Assembly (NCBI GenBank): GCA_002269645.1
Contig: NIVC01000001.1
Location: 1,674,001 to 1,738,000, forward strand
DNA length: 64,000 nt
Direction: 5' to 3'
Origin: Macrostomum lignano
Taxonomy: Eukaryota
A program made the position numbers and the translations under genes. This document shows, piece by piece, positions 12,045-24,081 of this stretch (position 1 is the stretch's first letter; the number at the start of each line of letters is the position of its first letter). The notes under the pieces are model-generated. The model saw nothing but the letters and a program-made list of their open reading frames with translations. It was not told where the DNA came from and made no database searches.

Positions 12045-12185
12045 AAAGTGCTGAAATTTCAAGGCTTATAGGGGAATTGCTGAGATGTCAAGGCTTATAG
12101 AGGGGAATTGCTGAGATGTCAAGGCTTATAGAGGGGAATTGCTAAGATGTCAAGGCTTATAGAGGGGAATTGCTAAGATCTCAAG
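12045..12185. repeat. 29-31-bp tandem repeat, about 4.5 copies
   Basis: Unit gctgagatgtcaaggcttatagaggggaatt. Confidence 0.85.
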
Positions 12186-12231
12186 GGTCATGTATGTCTC
12201 AGCCAATTGCTAAGACATACATGCGCAACCT

Positions 12232-12359
12232 TTCACTTGGCTGATTCTATTGGCAACACATACATGTAAGTTGCTATTGGCTGAGAGCAGTCACGTGACT
12301 ACTATTCCATCCAATAGCAACTTACATGTGTGTGTTGCCAATAGAAATGGCCGAGTGAA
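12232..12359. other. Long imperfect palindrome with 49-bp arms and a central CACGTG
   Basis: Arms 12232-12280 and 12311-12359 are reverse complements with a few mismatches. The loop contains AGTCACGTGACT. Confidence 0.85.
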
Positions 12360-13291
12360 TCCCAAGGTTGCACCCAAGCATGTGCTAAGATGTCAAGCAT
12401 CATGGGGAAATTTTAGATGATCAGATTATCACAGCTATCTATATCAAATACAATATTTTAGACTTTCTTAGCTATTTAAACTTTTGGAATAATAGTTGCC
12501 GAGTAACTACTTGAACTTTTAAGCCAATAAACGTTTCTAGCAAAACAATATATATTTTAGATATTCTTTTTATCTAAGGCTAAGCAATAAGCACTTTTAT
12601 AAATAGTAGGAGGCCTAGATAGTGCTATATCAACCTATTAGAATAAATTTAAATATAGTTTATAAGCATTTGCTATTGATACTATACTTTTATAAAAGAT
12701 CATTTGAACAAAGATAGCTAAGTATATCACGAAAATTATTTTTAAAAAATGATCAATAATTTATAGAATATTGCTAATGACAATGTTAGTATAATATATA
12801 GGAGGTATAAAAAGCCTTTGGAATTTTTCACTTGACTCTTTTTAATAGTCATTGCAAAAATATGCCAATATAAAAGTTCCATCATGCATGAAAGAAATAT
12901 AAAATTATATTGCTTATAGCATAGGCCTAGCTACTCTTAAATCTGTTATATAATATGCCAAAAAAGTGATCCCCTATACTTAAATTACTTAATAAATGCA
13001 TGCCAAAAAATTGCATGCATACCCATTCTTAAAACTATGCCAATGTTGCAAAAATGAATGACCTTTTTTCATGGTGACAATAAATGACCTTTTTAAAATG
13101 CGTAAAAGAACATTTTTGCTAGATAATTTGGTAGATTTTTTTACTTTTTTAAGCAATACTATTTATAGCAAAAAATTAATACAAGCAAAGATTGTTTAAA
13201 TGCCTTTTTATAAGCTTAAAACACTCAGAAAGCTTGAAATTTACAATTAAAAATGAACTTTTTACCCATTTTCCTACTTAAGACTAACTCC

Positions 13292-13944
13292 GTCATTTCG
13301 TCTGCTGCCTTTTCGTCTGCTGCCTTTTCGTCTGCCAATATACGATATAGTCGTTTTGTCTGCCAATATATATAATATATAAATCGGAATAACTAATTAT
13401 GTCATCAAGCTTCGCATGGAAGTGTAATGTAAATGTCTTATTAATTCTAATTTATTATAATGCTAGGATTTTTCTGCAAGTTCTGGAGCTAATATGTTGC
13501 ATATATATAAATACACAAAGCCAGAAGCAAATATCTCCAAGTTCCAACCGTTTAGTTTCCTTCCAACTTTCTTTTTTTTCGTGTATGTAAACTCATATGC
13601 AATTTATTCACGAATACAAGTAGCTTAAATGCACAAAGTGTAAAATGTAAGGAGCAATCGAAATTGTAGGCACAGAAAATGTAAACTCATGCAATTTATT
13701 CATGAATACAAGTAGCTTAAATGCACAAAGTGTTAAAAAAGGTAAGTTAGGTTTCGTAGAAAATGAAGAAAAACAAAATGTATCAATATAAATAAGAAAA
13801 CATACTTAAAACTTGCTTATACTAATTTATTTTAATTCCCTACATAAAAATTACGAAATAAGTGAACCAAAATAAACATAAATAAAAAAGTCGTTTCGTC
13901 TGCTAAAATTCTTTGGCAGACGAAAAGGCGGCAGACGAAATGAC
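13292..13944. mobile_element. Non-autonomous TIR element (MITE); TSD not identified
   Basis: About 32-bp inverted ends GTCATTTCGTCTGC(T/C)GCCTTTTCGTCTGCCAA. Internal direct duplication of about 50 bp at about 13588 and 13681. Confidence 0.7.
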
Positions 13945-14197
13945 CGCGGACCACTCCTCAACATGATTTTATACCATAGTCAGGAAGGTGTCCAGTGTAC
14001 GCCGGAATGAAAATTAAGAAAAAATTTTGTGTACGCCAAAATTGAAAAGCCCTAAAAAAGCGCTTTTTGACATACGCCAAAATTGAATAGCCCAAAAAAG
14101 CGTACGCCAAAATTGAGGACCCAAAAAAACGCTGCAATTTACAGATTTAAAATTTACGTATTAATTACCCATTAAAAAGTGTTGTATCTGTTGTAAC

Positions 14198-16287
14198 CAC
14201 AGATACTATAAACACTAGATAGGCCACTCCAGCTAATTTTCACAACACGACAGTTTACTCTACTTTCTGCTTAGTAGTAGTAAAAACATTTTAGCGTTAT
14301 TTATATTTTTTAAAAATAAAAAAAACAGATGAATGCAATGCAGCAATTGTATTGATTTTTTTGCAAAAAGAAATTTATAATTATACTTTCCACAATTCAA
14401 AGCAACATTGTGAATGCTTTAGATTGCATAGAAGGCTATATTATTGCAGTCAACTATTGTATATTTAGCAAATACGAGCTATATCATATACTCCATAATC
14501 CATATTCGTGTAGCAAAATAGAAAGATTTCTCATCTTAATCAGCTCATCTGTTTGTGAAACTCGCAGCGTGCTGTTGAAGAACAGGGTCGCCAGTCGCCC
14601 TTGTTCAGAGGCAGCATTCAGAACGGCCCAACAGATGAAAAAAACTGGCGAATGCGCCACTTCAAGGTCCAGGGATGTATCCGATGGAGAGCCAATCCTC
14701 AGTGGTTTCGTAACAGGCAGCCGATAAGCAGCAGGACTTTTGTGGTGCAGCTGCAATGAGCTGCTGATGAGATGACATCCTTTGACCAGAGCACCCCTGA
14801 CTGCGAGCGCCCTGCCGCCCAGTCGACCGCTGGAAGCTGCGCTAGCCACGCCTCCACAGTCCATGGATGCACGACTGCGCTGCACTTGCCTTGACCATCG
14901 AATGTTGCCACTGCAGCCGCTTGATTTGCCTGTCGCTTTCGGGATTGCCGCTGCAGCCGCTTGATTTGCCTGTCGTTTTCGGGATTGCCGCTGCAGCCGC
15001 TTGATTTGCCTGTCGCTTTCGGGATTGCCGCTGCAGCCGCTTGATTTGCCTGTCGTTTTCGGGATTGCCGCTGCAGCCGCTTGATTTGCCTGTCGCTTTC
15101 GGGATTGCCGCTGCAGCCGCTTGATTTGCCTGTCGCTTTCGGGATTGCCGCTGCAGCCGCTTGATTCGCCTGTCACTTTCGGCCTCGGGATCGTTGCTGC
15201 AGCCGCTTGATCGTTGCCTCTAGCGCTTGGAACCCGCGAATCGGCTGCAGAGGTGAGAGCTTTCAGCCGCAACAGCTGTTCTCGGCGCAGAATCTGGTAG
15301 CCGAAGGTTGCTCTGCCACAGCACTGGCAGCAGGCAAGTCGCAGGCTCGGCTGCAGATAGATTGCTAATTGGCCCCAGCACTGGAGGGTACATGTCGTCT
15401 GCCTCTTCATCGTTTATCAGTCCTTTGCACAGAGGGTAGCTGGTCTATTTGAACGAGCCGAGGCAGCATCAACTCTTGGTGTGGGATTGCGTCCCAGCGA
15501 AAACAGATGTCTTGCACATCCGTGGCACTTTGTAAGGCAGCAGTAGGCCTCGTCCATAAAGTGCAAGCTGAACACACGGAGGCCCCGTGATTTAATTGTT
15601 TATAAAGGTCAATATCCACGCTCCTGCAGTAGCTGCTGCCAGCGCTTCGCCAGTGTCATCTTTTGGTAATTTATGCATTCGCAACGGATTTTTCTTTCTC
15701 GGATGTTAATAGCACTAGTACAAAGCTCGTGCAAGTGGGAGCACAGCAGTGGTTCGAATCAAAACATTTCTCGAGTACAAGATTAGATAGAAAAGCTAGT
15801 ATGCACTCGAACTTTCTTTAACTCTGACTCTTGTCCTGTTCATCTATATAAGCTTGTATTTAAGCACGATTCGCCACCCCCAAATTTTCTAACCCACAAC
15901 CTCTCAACCCCCACCCCTAACCCAGGCTAGCTATGTGCAGTCCTTTATTTTCTATCCCACCACCAGTGGGCCTAAATTATCGATCCACTCACCCTGCCTT
16001 ATACGAAACTGATATTAACCCTATTCCAGACTACCCCCCTTCCTCCACTTTGAAAGATAGCGGCATTGCACACTGTCTGTTGCGTCTTAATGTACACCAT
16101 TACTGCACAAAACAAGTTAGTTGTTTATGGCGTTAGCAAAACGATGTCTTAAAAACAGTCACTCGATTTGTCTAATTTAGCAAATAATACTGTTGCTTCC
16201 TTTCATTGCTACTAAGCAGAAAGTAGAATAAAAAACTTGCCCAGAAAATTAGCCTGAGTGGCCTATCTAGTGTTTATAGTATCTGTG
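14198..16287 (-). mobile_element. Nested P-element-like transposon with decayed THAP domain and transposase N-terminus (element B)
   Basis: 44-bp TIRs starting CACAGATACTATAAACACTAGATAGGCCACTC, 2 mismatches (14198-14241 / 16244-16287). TSD GTTGTAAC (14190-14197 / 16288-16295). Minus-strand frameshifted NHCCAPTC..MHKLPKD..KRW..LRVFSLHF..DAIP (about 15754-15490) and SLQLHHKSPAAYRL (about 14760-14718). Confidence 0.9.
14910..15215. repeat. 40-bp tandem repeat, about 7.5 copies, inside element B
   Basis: Unit gctgcagccgcttgatttgcctgtcgctttcgggattgcc. Confidence 0.92.
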
Positions 16288-17012
16288 GTTGTAACGTAAA
16301 GAAATCTAAAATACTAAAGTAATTATTGTACAGAATTAGTTAATAAGTTAAAATAAATAACTGACTTACACAAAACTTTAGTAAAGTTTTGTTAACAATA
16401 AATCAGATTCAAAATTTACGTAGTTTCAGCGTTTTAAAGATGAAAATAGATTTACCAATTCACTAAAATTGAACGATATACAATACTTTGTCGAAGTAAT
16501 TGGGTTGTTTGCAGGTTTTTTAAACGTTTGTTCTTACGCCAATCACATGCAAATATTGTAGGCCGATTTTTGGACAGATTTTTGCATGCGAAAACTGTGT
16601 TGTGTACGCCAAGAACTCTGTACGCCATTTTTCGGACCGCGTGTACACGAAACTGTACGCCATTTTTTGGGGGGGGGCTGATGTACGCCGGAAAATTCCG
16701 GCGTATGGACACCTTCCTGACTATGGATTTTATAAAGTGCACGCAATTGCCAAGTATACATGCATACCATTTTCTTAGGAATAATGCATGCACACTTATA
16801 TTTGGCATATAAGGCGAATGCATCTCAAATTTTTAGGCATATATTACATGATCCAGAGTGTGGTATATGTTGGACATTATCAAAAGGTGTTACAATAATA
16901 AATGACCTTTTTTGCATTGTAGCAATACTAATAGGGCTATAAGATGCTTTCTTGCATTACAATATTTTGGTCTTTTGAATAACAATAGCTATACCATATA
17001 CTAGCTCTATAG

Positions 17013-17412
17013 TAGAGGTCGGACGGGATCCCGATCCCGATCCCGAAATCTCGGGATCCCGAGGAAAATTGAATTCCCGCGGGACCAGAATCCCGACCCT
17101 AAAAAAACTCGAGATTCGGGAACAGGTCCTTTGATTAATAATTTATAGAATTAGTGATTACTTGAAGGTATTTTGCTTTAACTTGTACTCGTTACATTAT
17201 TTACTTTGTTGGTTACAAAACTTCATATCAATTTCGTTGTGTTTTACTTCTTGATCTTGACAATCTTTTCTCAATTTTGTTTAACTTTACATGGACAATA
17301 CACTAAAAGACTTGATCCCGATTCCCGAATCCCGATCCCGATCCCGATCCTGAGAAAAAAATTATTCCCGATCCCGATCCCGCCCGAAGATTTCAATCCC
17401 GTCCGACCTTTA
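17013..17412. mobile_element. hAT-type MITE, 400 bp
   Basis: 17-bp TIR TAGAGGTCGGACGGGAT (1 mismatch). 8-bp TSD CTCTATAG (17005-17012 / 17413-17420). Subterminal (CCCGAT)n. Confidence 0.88.
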
Positions 17413-20216
17413 CTCTATAGTGCAATTTTCTAGCAAAATGTTCTATACACTACATACTTTTATGCCAACCATAATTTCACATTAATTATGCCAGAATTTT
17501 CTAGCATAAGATTTAATATTCAGGAGTGGGAGTATAGGCCCTAATTTTTATTCTTAAATCTAATAGGCAAATATTAAGTAAATAAATTTTAAATTCAAAA
17601 TAAAGGCTTTTTTATAACTTAACTATTTTAATGAAAGATATCATTTAAAATAAATCATAAATCATCATATAAATTAGGCCTATAAAATATAACTTTTAAA
17701 ATCTTACTAATGTCTAAGCCTAAGGCCTAATCCTCAACCAAAGTAAAACTTAAACCTAATAAAAATATTTAGTTTTGAGAGTCTTCTGTTTACTTGCCAT
17801 CATAAAAAATTAGAGTCTACATTAATAAGTCAAGTGTAGACTACAGTCTATAGCAGTCTATTGATAATGATTTGATATGGCCTATGTTTGAATGTCACTA
17901 ACCTTTATCAATTGCAGAACGTGGTGCGAGTGCCCTGTCCATCTCCTCCTGCATGAAAAAATAGCCAGTAATTTAGGCTTTCTAATCTTAAAAAAAGTAT
18001 TCTTTGTCCAAACATGATTCAAAAAAGGGCAACCTCCATTATGTAAAATGAAAAAAAGAAAAATATTTTCTTAAAGTTAAGGTTAATTTGAAAGTATTTG
18101 AAGTTGGTTTTAAGCTAAACTGCAATTAAGTGACAGATATATTCTGTCACTTTAAACTGACGCTACGATTTGCCCAAGCGATAACACAAAGAATGGATAC
18201 CACAGCTCAGAAAATGAGCGATAAACAGGAAAAAAAGTTTTTATTTCTCAATCTCAGTTTAAAATTGTCCCTGCATATTGTTTATAACAAAAGCTGTATT
18301 GGCTCTGTCGAGTTAAAAGTCGAATTATCAGAATTTCTGTTTGAGCTAAATATTGATTCTATCTATCTTTTTTTTCGTGCTTTTTATGTGGATATCGTAA
18401 GGTAAGGTACTCCACCATTGCAGTCCTCCATTCAATTAACATGCAAATACAGACCAGAGGACTTCTAGACTAGTCTTCTAGTCTAGAAGTCCTTGATACA
18501 GACATGAGACAACTAACTGTTCGGATTACAATTAGTTGTGTACGGCCTCTGATGAAAACTGGATGTCTATGCTCGTACTGCGAATTTACATCTATTGGAA
18601 AAAATTGTAAAATTCTTCAATATTATAGTGTACAACAGACTCCTTTCGATAAAAACCTTTCATGGAGTTACAGTAGTACACTATGTGTTAGAGAAGAGAA
18701 CTACATATTAAATGCATAAATCGAAAATGACACTGTACGAGAATATGCACTTTATGTAAGAATAGCATCCCAAGCACTTTACTACTTCAGTTTTTATTTC
18801 CTCTCTGCTCCCATGTGAATCAATATGCCAATATAGTTGTACTTGCAGATGATTATTTAGCCCCAATGCTCAACTTGAAATATGTAGTAATGTATTTTTA
18901 AATGGAGACTTTGACAAAAATCGAATGGCAGCTATCATCACAATAATTCGGCGCATAAAGAAATAAAGTTAACAAAAGGCTTAGCACATTTGCCATTTGG
19001 AACCATAGACGGGGTACAAAAATACACCCAGATATTACGCGTTTGATATCAAGCAATTTTATTCTGTACATTTAAAATATACACAGACATGACGTAGGAG
19101 TATTATTAAACAGTTTTTATTGTTAAATGGAGTGTTACACGATGTTATATAATTACAATAAATAACTATTAATTGGGGCGACTAGAAACCAAGCTCATAG
19201 ATTATTTTGAATTACGAGCTATTTATTAGTAGTACACACATAAACAGATCAGAAAATTAATCTTGCCATCATTAATACACAAAATGAGCTACATACACGC
19301 GTGCGTAGCTTACAGATATAAACACGTAGCGCAGCTTAGCGGTCTATAACGTATTAACGAAAAACAAAACAACGAGAAGCGCTGAATCTTTTTAAAGTGA
19401 AAATATAACCATTTTTGTATATTAATAAATACGATTACAATTAAACATGTTTAGACAAACAAAATGGGAATTTGCCTAAATCTAAATTAATGATGCACAG
19501 CACACGAGAGCACACAGGACAACCAGAGCACAATGTTACAGTTAGCACTGGGATGAATTTTTTTGCGGCGCGCAAGCATTCAGCCTGCAAGTAATACTGA
19601 TACTAGACATTAAATCAGCATCTTCATCTTGTTCACCGAATCCAGAGTCCAGACTCCCTTGGCTTAAGCTTGAAGTTGTTGAAACACAAAGTAATTCAAG
19701 CAGCCCCCCCCCCCCCAGCCAAGCCGATAAACAGTTTTGTCTTCGGTCTTCCCTCTTGCTCGATTGTGCCTGACTTTGACCTCTTTCCTTACTGCTCCCT
19801 CATTGGCTGAGCTAAATTAGGCCTGCTCCTAGGCTGGCTGAGTTTCGTACGTCTAACTTTGACCTTTCTCCTTGCCGCTCTCTCATTGGCTGAGCCAAAT
19901 TTGGCCTTTCCCTAGGCTGATTTTTGTAAGTCTTGCGTTTGCTTGTGTAAATTGAGTTAAATTCTGTTCAGTCTTAACTCCATATGCTCCTGAGGCTAAA
20001 CCCTCGAGGAAGAAAATGAAATTTTAGCTGCCAAACTAGATTTAAATGACACTGCGCAGACAAACTACCGAAAAAAGAGTGACATCTAGTTATTTTAGTA
20101 CAATATCTGTCGTGAAAACTGATATGTGCAGAGATATTTAAGTGACTTTGAACCCAAACTAACTTAAACTACCGGTAGACACCGGGTAGGCGTGAGTCAG
20201 CACATCGAACCGTCAA

Positions 20217-23031
20217 TCAATCGTGACGCTTAGTCATCTGCACCAACAACTGCTGGGCCAGTGCCGGCCTGTACTGCATCAGATCGCGCCAGTCCTCGCT
20301 AGCCAGCACCTGCTGAGCGTGCTCGCGCATGAACTGGGTGCACCGGTGGAGCAGGCTGTCCACCTGGTCAGGGTAGGAGAGCGGGACTAATTGTAGCTTA
20401 GATAAGATGCTCAGGTGATGCACACAATTTTTTTAGTGAGCTGCTGCTATCCCTCTTTATGCTTCAGCGAACTGAACTACTATCCCTATTTATGCTTCAG
20501 GGATCTGAAAGGCATTCGCCATTCATGCTTCAGGTAGCTCAACTGTCGTTACATGTACCCCCTAGCAGTTAAAAAAGTGAGGTTTCCCCAATTTCTATTT
20601 TTAGAATCTATCAGTTGTATTGCAAAAACAAGCCAACCCATGGCAGCTCAGACCAACCTTACCTGATAGGTGTCAGCCAGCACGGCCAGCTCGTGCAGAT
20701 TGGCCAAAGTGACGCCCCTAGCCAGGGCCTGAGCGCAGACGGCCCGGAGCTCGCTAACAGAATATTTGTCAGCCAGCTTGAGCAGCTCTCGACCGTTGGC
20801 CTCCAGCCCGCTTAGCGGCACCTCCCCGGTATACAGGTAATCTAGAAAGACTTTGAAAGAAGCCGCCTCGGCGTCCAGAATAGTGACAGCGTCGGCCGAA
20901 CGTTCCAGACAGTCGTGCGTGAACATGGCCAGGAACACGGGGCTGCGGGCCGCTAGCAGGCATTTGTGAGCCGGAAACTCGGCGCCGCAGTCCAGACGGA
21001 GGCGAACGTCGGCGGCCATGCCGGCGTCCAACAGACGGCGTAGGTCGGCGGACAGTCGACCGTGTCGTTGGACAACGGCGGTGCTGCCGCTGCTTGCGCC
21101 GGCAGCCGAAGTCGAAGCTGAGGCATCAGCGGCCGAGTCAGCCAAGCCGACGGCTCGACGGTGATGACAGGCAACGGCGGCGTCCTGCAGCTGCAACAAC
21201 AGGTCCGAGGAGGCGCTGTCGCCGACGCTGTCTACTATGCCAATCAAGCTGCCGCCGATGCCGCCGCGAATGTAGGTTGTTACCTGGATTGATGATATCG
21301 CTAATATTGTTAATTATAAAGCAAAACTTACTGTTTCTATAATTGTCGTTAATTTTGTCAGCAACAATGTTATTTTGTCAGTAAAAGTATTTGTAATGAT
21401 GTCCATGGATGTCGATTTTTGAAACAAATGTCAGCAATTGTGCCGATGGAAGTGTCAGTAATTGTGTCGATGGAAGTGTCGGTAATTGTGTCGATGGAAG
21501 TGTCGGTAATTGTGTCGATGGAAGTGTCGGTAATTGTGTCGATGGAAGTGTCAGTAATTGTGCCGATGGAAGTGTCGGTAATTGTGCCGATGGAAGTGTC
21601 GGTAATTGTGCTGATGGAAGTGTCGGTAATTGTGCCGATGGAAGTGTCGGTAATTGTGCCGATGGAAGTGTCGGTAATTGTGTCGATGGAAGTGTCGGTA
21701 ATTGTGCCGATGGAAGTGTCGGTAATTGTGCTGATGGAAGTGTTGGTAATTGTGTCGATGGAAGTGTCGGTAATTGTGTCGATGGAAGTGTCGGTAATTG
21801 TGTCGATGGAAGTGTCGGTAATTGTGTCGATGGAAGTGCCGGCAATTATTTCGAAGCAAGTGTCAGTAAAAATGCCGGTGAAACATAATCACGCGTAATC
21901 ACGTAGCTAGCACAATCAGGATTCCCTGTGTCGGAAACACATCAAGCATTTTATTAATTTGCCACGTCAGAACTGAGGTCAAGACAAAAAACCATTCAGC
22001 ACTATTCAAAGACAGCATTTGGCTAACCTGCGAAGGCACCGAGAAGTGCACAGTCAGCTGCAGAGTGAGATGCCGAACTCGGTGAAATTCGGAGCGCAAT
22101 ACAACACTCCAACCGTGGGTGCCATGAACGGCGAAGCTCAGCGACTCTGACCGGCGCTCCAGCCGCTGAATCTGTGGGGGATTCGCCGATGCGGAGCCCT
22201 CGCCGCCGCCGCCGCCGCCGCCGCTGACTGGGCCCTCCATCTTGAAATGGGCTTTCGATATTATTGGTCGAAACGGCGTCTCCGTGTCGACCTTTTAAAA
22301 TAGAAAAGATGAAGTTAAAGTGAGATGTTTATATTTTGCGGGTAGCAACTAACCAACCTGTTTATATTGAGTGGGTAGCAGCGGTTTCAAGTGTTTATAT
22401 TAAGGGTAGCAAGCAGAGTGTGTTGGGTTGGCTAGCAACCATGGTGTGCTGGGTGGGTAGCAACCATAGTGTTGGGTGGGTAGCAATAGTGTGTTGGGTG
22501 GGTAGCAACCATAGTGTGCTGGGTGGGTAGCAACCATAGTGTGTTGGGTGGGTAGCAACCATAGTGTGTTGGGTGGGGTAGAAACCAACCCAAGCTAGAA
22601 CTCACCTCTTTGAGCACCACAAACACGCAAATCCAATCGCGAAATTGTTGACAGTCGCCGTGCGGATAAAAGCGAAGGCACCATTTAATACTGGGGCACT
22701 CTTCCGCGTAGAATGACGGACTATCCAAGTAGTGCCCGGTGACAAACGGCAATGAGGTCCAGTTATTGATTTCCCAACGACAATAGCAGGTGTAGTGAGG
22801 TACGACCGTAGTAAAGTCGAATGCATTAGCATCTTCTGCTAGCGAAGATGATGATTGCTGTTGTTGCTGCTGTTGCTGCTGCAACTGACGCTGGGGTGAC
22901 GAGCCGCGAGGCCGACTGCCATGCTGATCGCGAGCTAATGCCAATTGTTGTTGCTGTTGCTGCTGTGCGCCCCCAGTGAGCTGATCTCTAGCCTGCTGGC
23001 GAGAGTTGCTCAGATTCAGTGAGCGCGACAT
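20217..23031 (-). CDS. SPOP/roadkill-like MATH-BTB cullin-3 adaptor, about 485 aa
   Basis: Exons 23031-22606, 22291-22028, 21283-20663, 20363-20217, all phase 0. MATH WEINNW..KWCLRFYPHG. BTB ADVRLRLDCGAEFPAHKCLLAARSPVFLAMF..FLDYLYTGEV. SPOP-type C-terminus LADTYQVDSL..FMREHAQQVLASEDW. Confidence 0.88.
21420..21850. repeat. 24-bp minisatellite, about 18 copies, in SPOP-like intron 2
   Basis: Unit gatggaagtgtcggtaattgtg(t/c)c. Confidence 0.95.
22345..22590. repeat. About 25-bp minisatellite in SPOP-like intron 1
   Basis: Unit ccatagtgtgttgggtgggtagcaa. Confidence 0.85.
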
Positions 23032-23097
23032 GAAATGTAAAATTGATTAAACTGGGTCAAAAACCTTTCCTTTCTTCTAGACTTGAGCACCACAAAG

Positions 23098-23530
23098 GGA
23101 TTGTAGCCTAGTAGGGGAATGTAGCCTAGTAGGGGAATGTAGCCTAGTAGGGGATTGTAGCCTAGTAGGGGAATGTAGCTTAGTAGGGGATTGTAGCCTA
23201 GTAGGGGATTGTAGTCTATTAGGGGATTGTAGCCTAGTAGGGGATTGTAGCCTATTAGGGGATTGTAGCCTATTAGGGGATTGTAGCCTAGTAGGGGATT
23301 GTAGCCTATTAGGGGATTGTAGCCTAGTAGGGGATTGTAGGCATAGCCTATTAGGGGATTGTAGCCTACTAGGGGATTGTAGCTAAGTAGGGGATTGTAG
23401 CCTAATAGGGGCTAGGGGTTGTAGCCTAATAAGGGGTTGTAGCCTAATAGGGGATTGTAGTCTAGTAAGGGATTGCAGCCTAGTAGGGGACTGTAGCCCA
23501 GTAGGGGATTGCAGCCTAGTAGGGGATTAT
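23098..23530 (+). repeat. 18-bp satellite, about 24 copies, derived from a SINE tRNA head (A-box region)
   Basis: Unit gggattgtagcctagtag versus SINE 5' end ggggttgtagcctagtgg at 33420 (16/18 identical). Followed directly by a SINE body. Confidence 0.85.
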
Positions 23531-23534
23531 AGCC

Positions 23535-23670
23535 TTAGTTTTTTAGCAAGACACTTAATAACTGTGTATTGCTTTAGCCTACCCAGCTGTAAAATGGGTA
23601 TCAGCACTAGCGGGAGTAATTGAAGGTGTGTGTGATGACTGTCTAGTCCTTAGACTAAACAGCCATACAC
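23535..23670 (+). mobile_element. Degenerate tRNA-SINE body
   Basis: agcaagacactt..cccagctgtaaaatgg..cagca(c/t)tagc..gtcctt aligns by eye with 33505-33635. Confidence 0.8.
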
Positions 23671-24081
23671 AGCCTTCAGATGTATTACTTTAAAAGCTAC
23701 AGCTAAGCTATTAGTTGCATATCTGCTTATTAGGGCACTGAGGGCAAGTGTAATTATTATTATGATAATATAGTGAGGCTTGGCCCACTGCTTTTAACTT
23801 TCTGCTCCAATAGTACAATCTATCCTATATCTGATAAACTCATTAGTTATAATCATATCTGTTTAGGCTAGGCCTAGTCAGATGGCCTAAGACTAGGCTC
23901 TATAAAAACAAAAATAAAGGCCTAAACCAATCATATGCTAGTATACCAAATAAAAAAATTATTTGTTCCTAGACTAGGCAAACTATTTTTTATATAAAAA
24001 TTATGCTTATATAGGCCTTACCAAGAAATAAATGACTTAAACAGACTATCGACAAAATATAGATAAGAATGAATACTATTT

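Larger units (their letters stand above)
13974..16726. mobile_element. TIR element (about 655 bp without its insert) hosting a nested P-like element
   Basis: 21-bp TIR CCATAGTCAGGAAGGTGTCCA (13974-13994 / 16706-16726). 8-bp TSD ATTTTATA (13966-13973 / 16727-16734). Repeated subterminal TACGCC motifs at both ends. Confidence 0.88.

Noticed and set aside
14484-15410. 308-aa ORF as a host gene or the RNF10 5' exon
   Set aside because: It lies inside P-like element B and is a chimera of frames across a 40-bp repeat. It contains only fragments of transposase motifs.
11949-20663. SPOP-like/RNF10 read-through fusion supplying the RNF10 start
   Set aside because: All SPOP-like donors are phase 0, whereas the RNF10 acceptor at 11949 needs phase 1.
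21378-21898. ORFs over tandem repeats (also 2756-3400, 6373-6921, 10039-10628, 35704-36941, 43049-43933, 61952-62821)
   Set aside because: These are periodic translations of minisatellites in introns, spacers or alternate frames, open only because the unit lacks stops.
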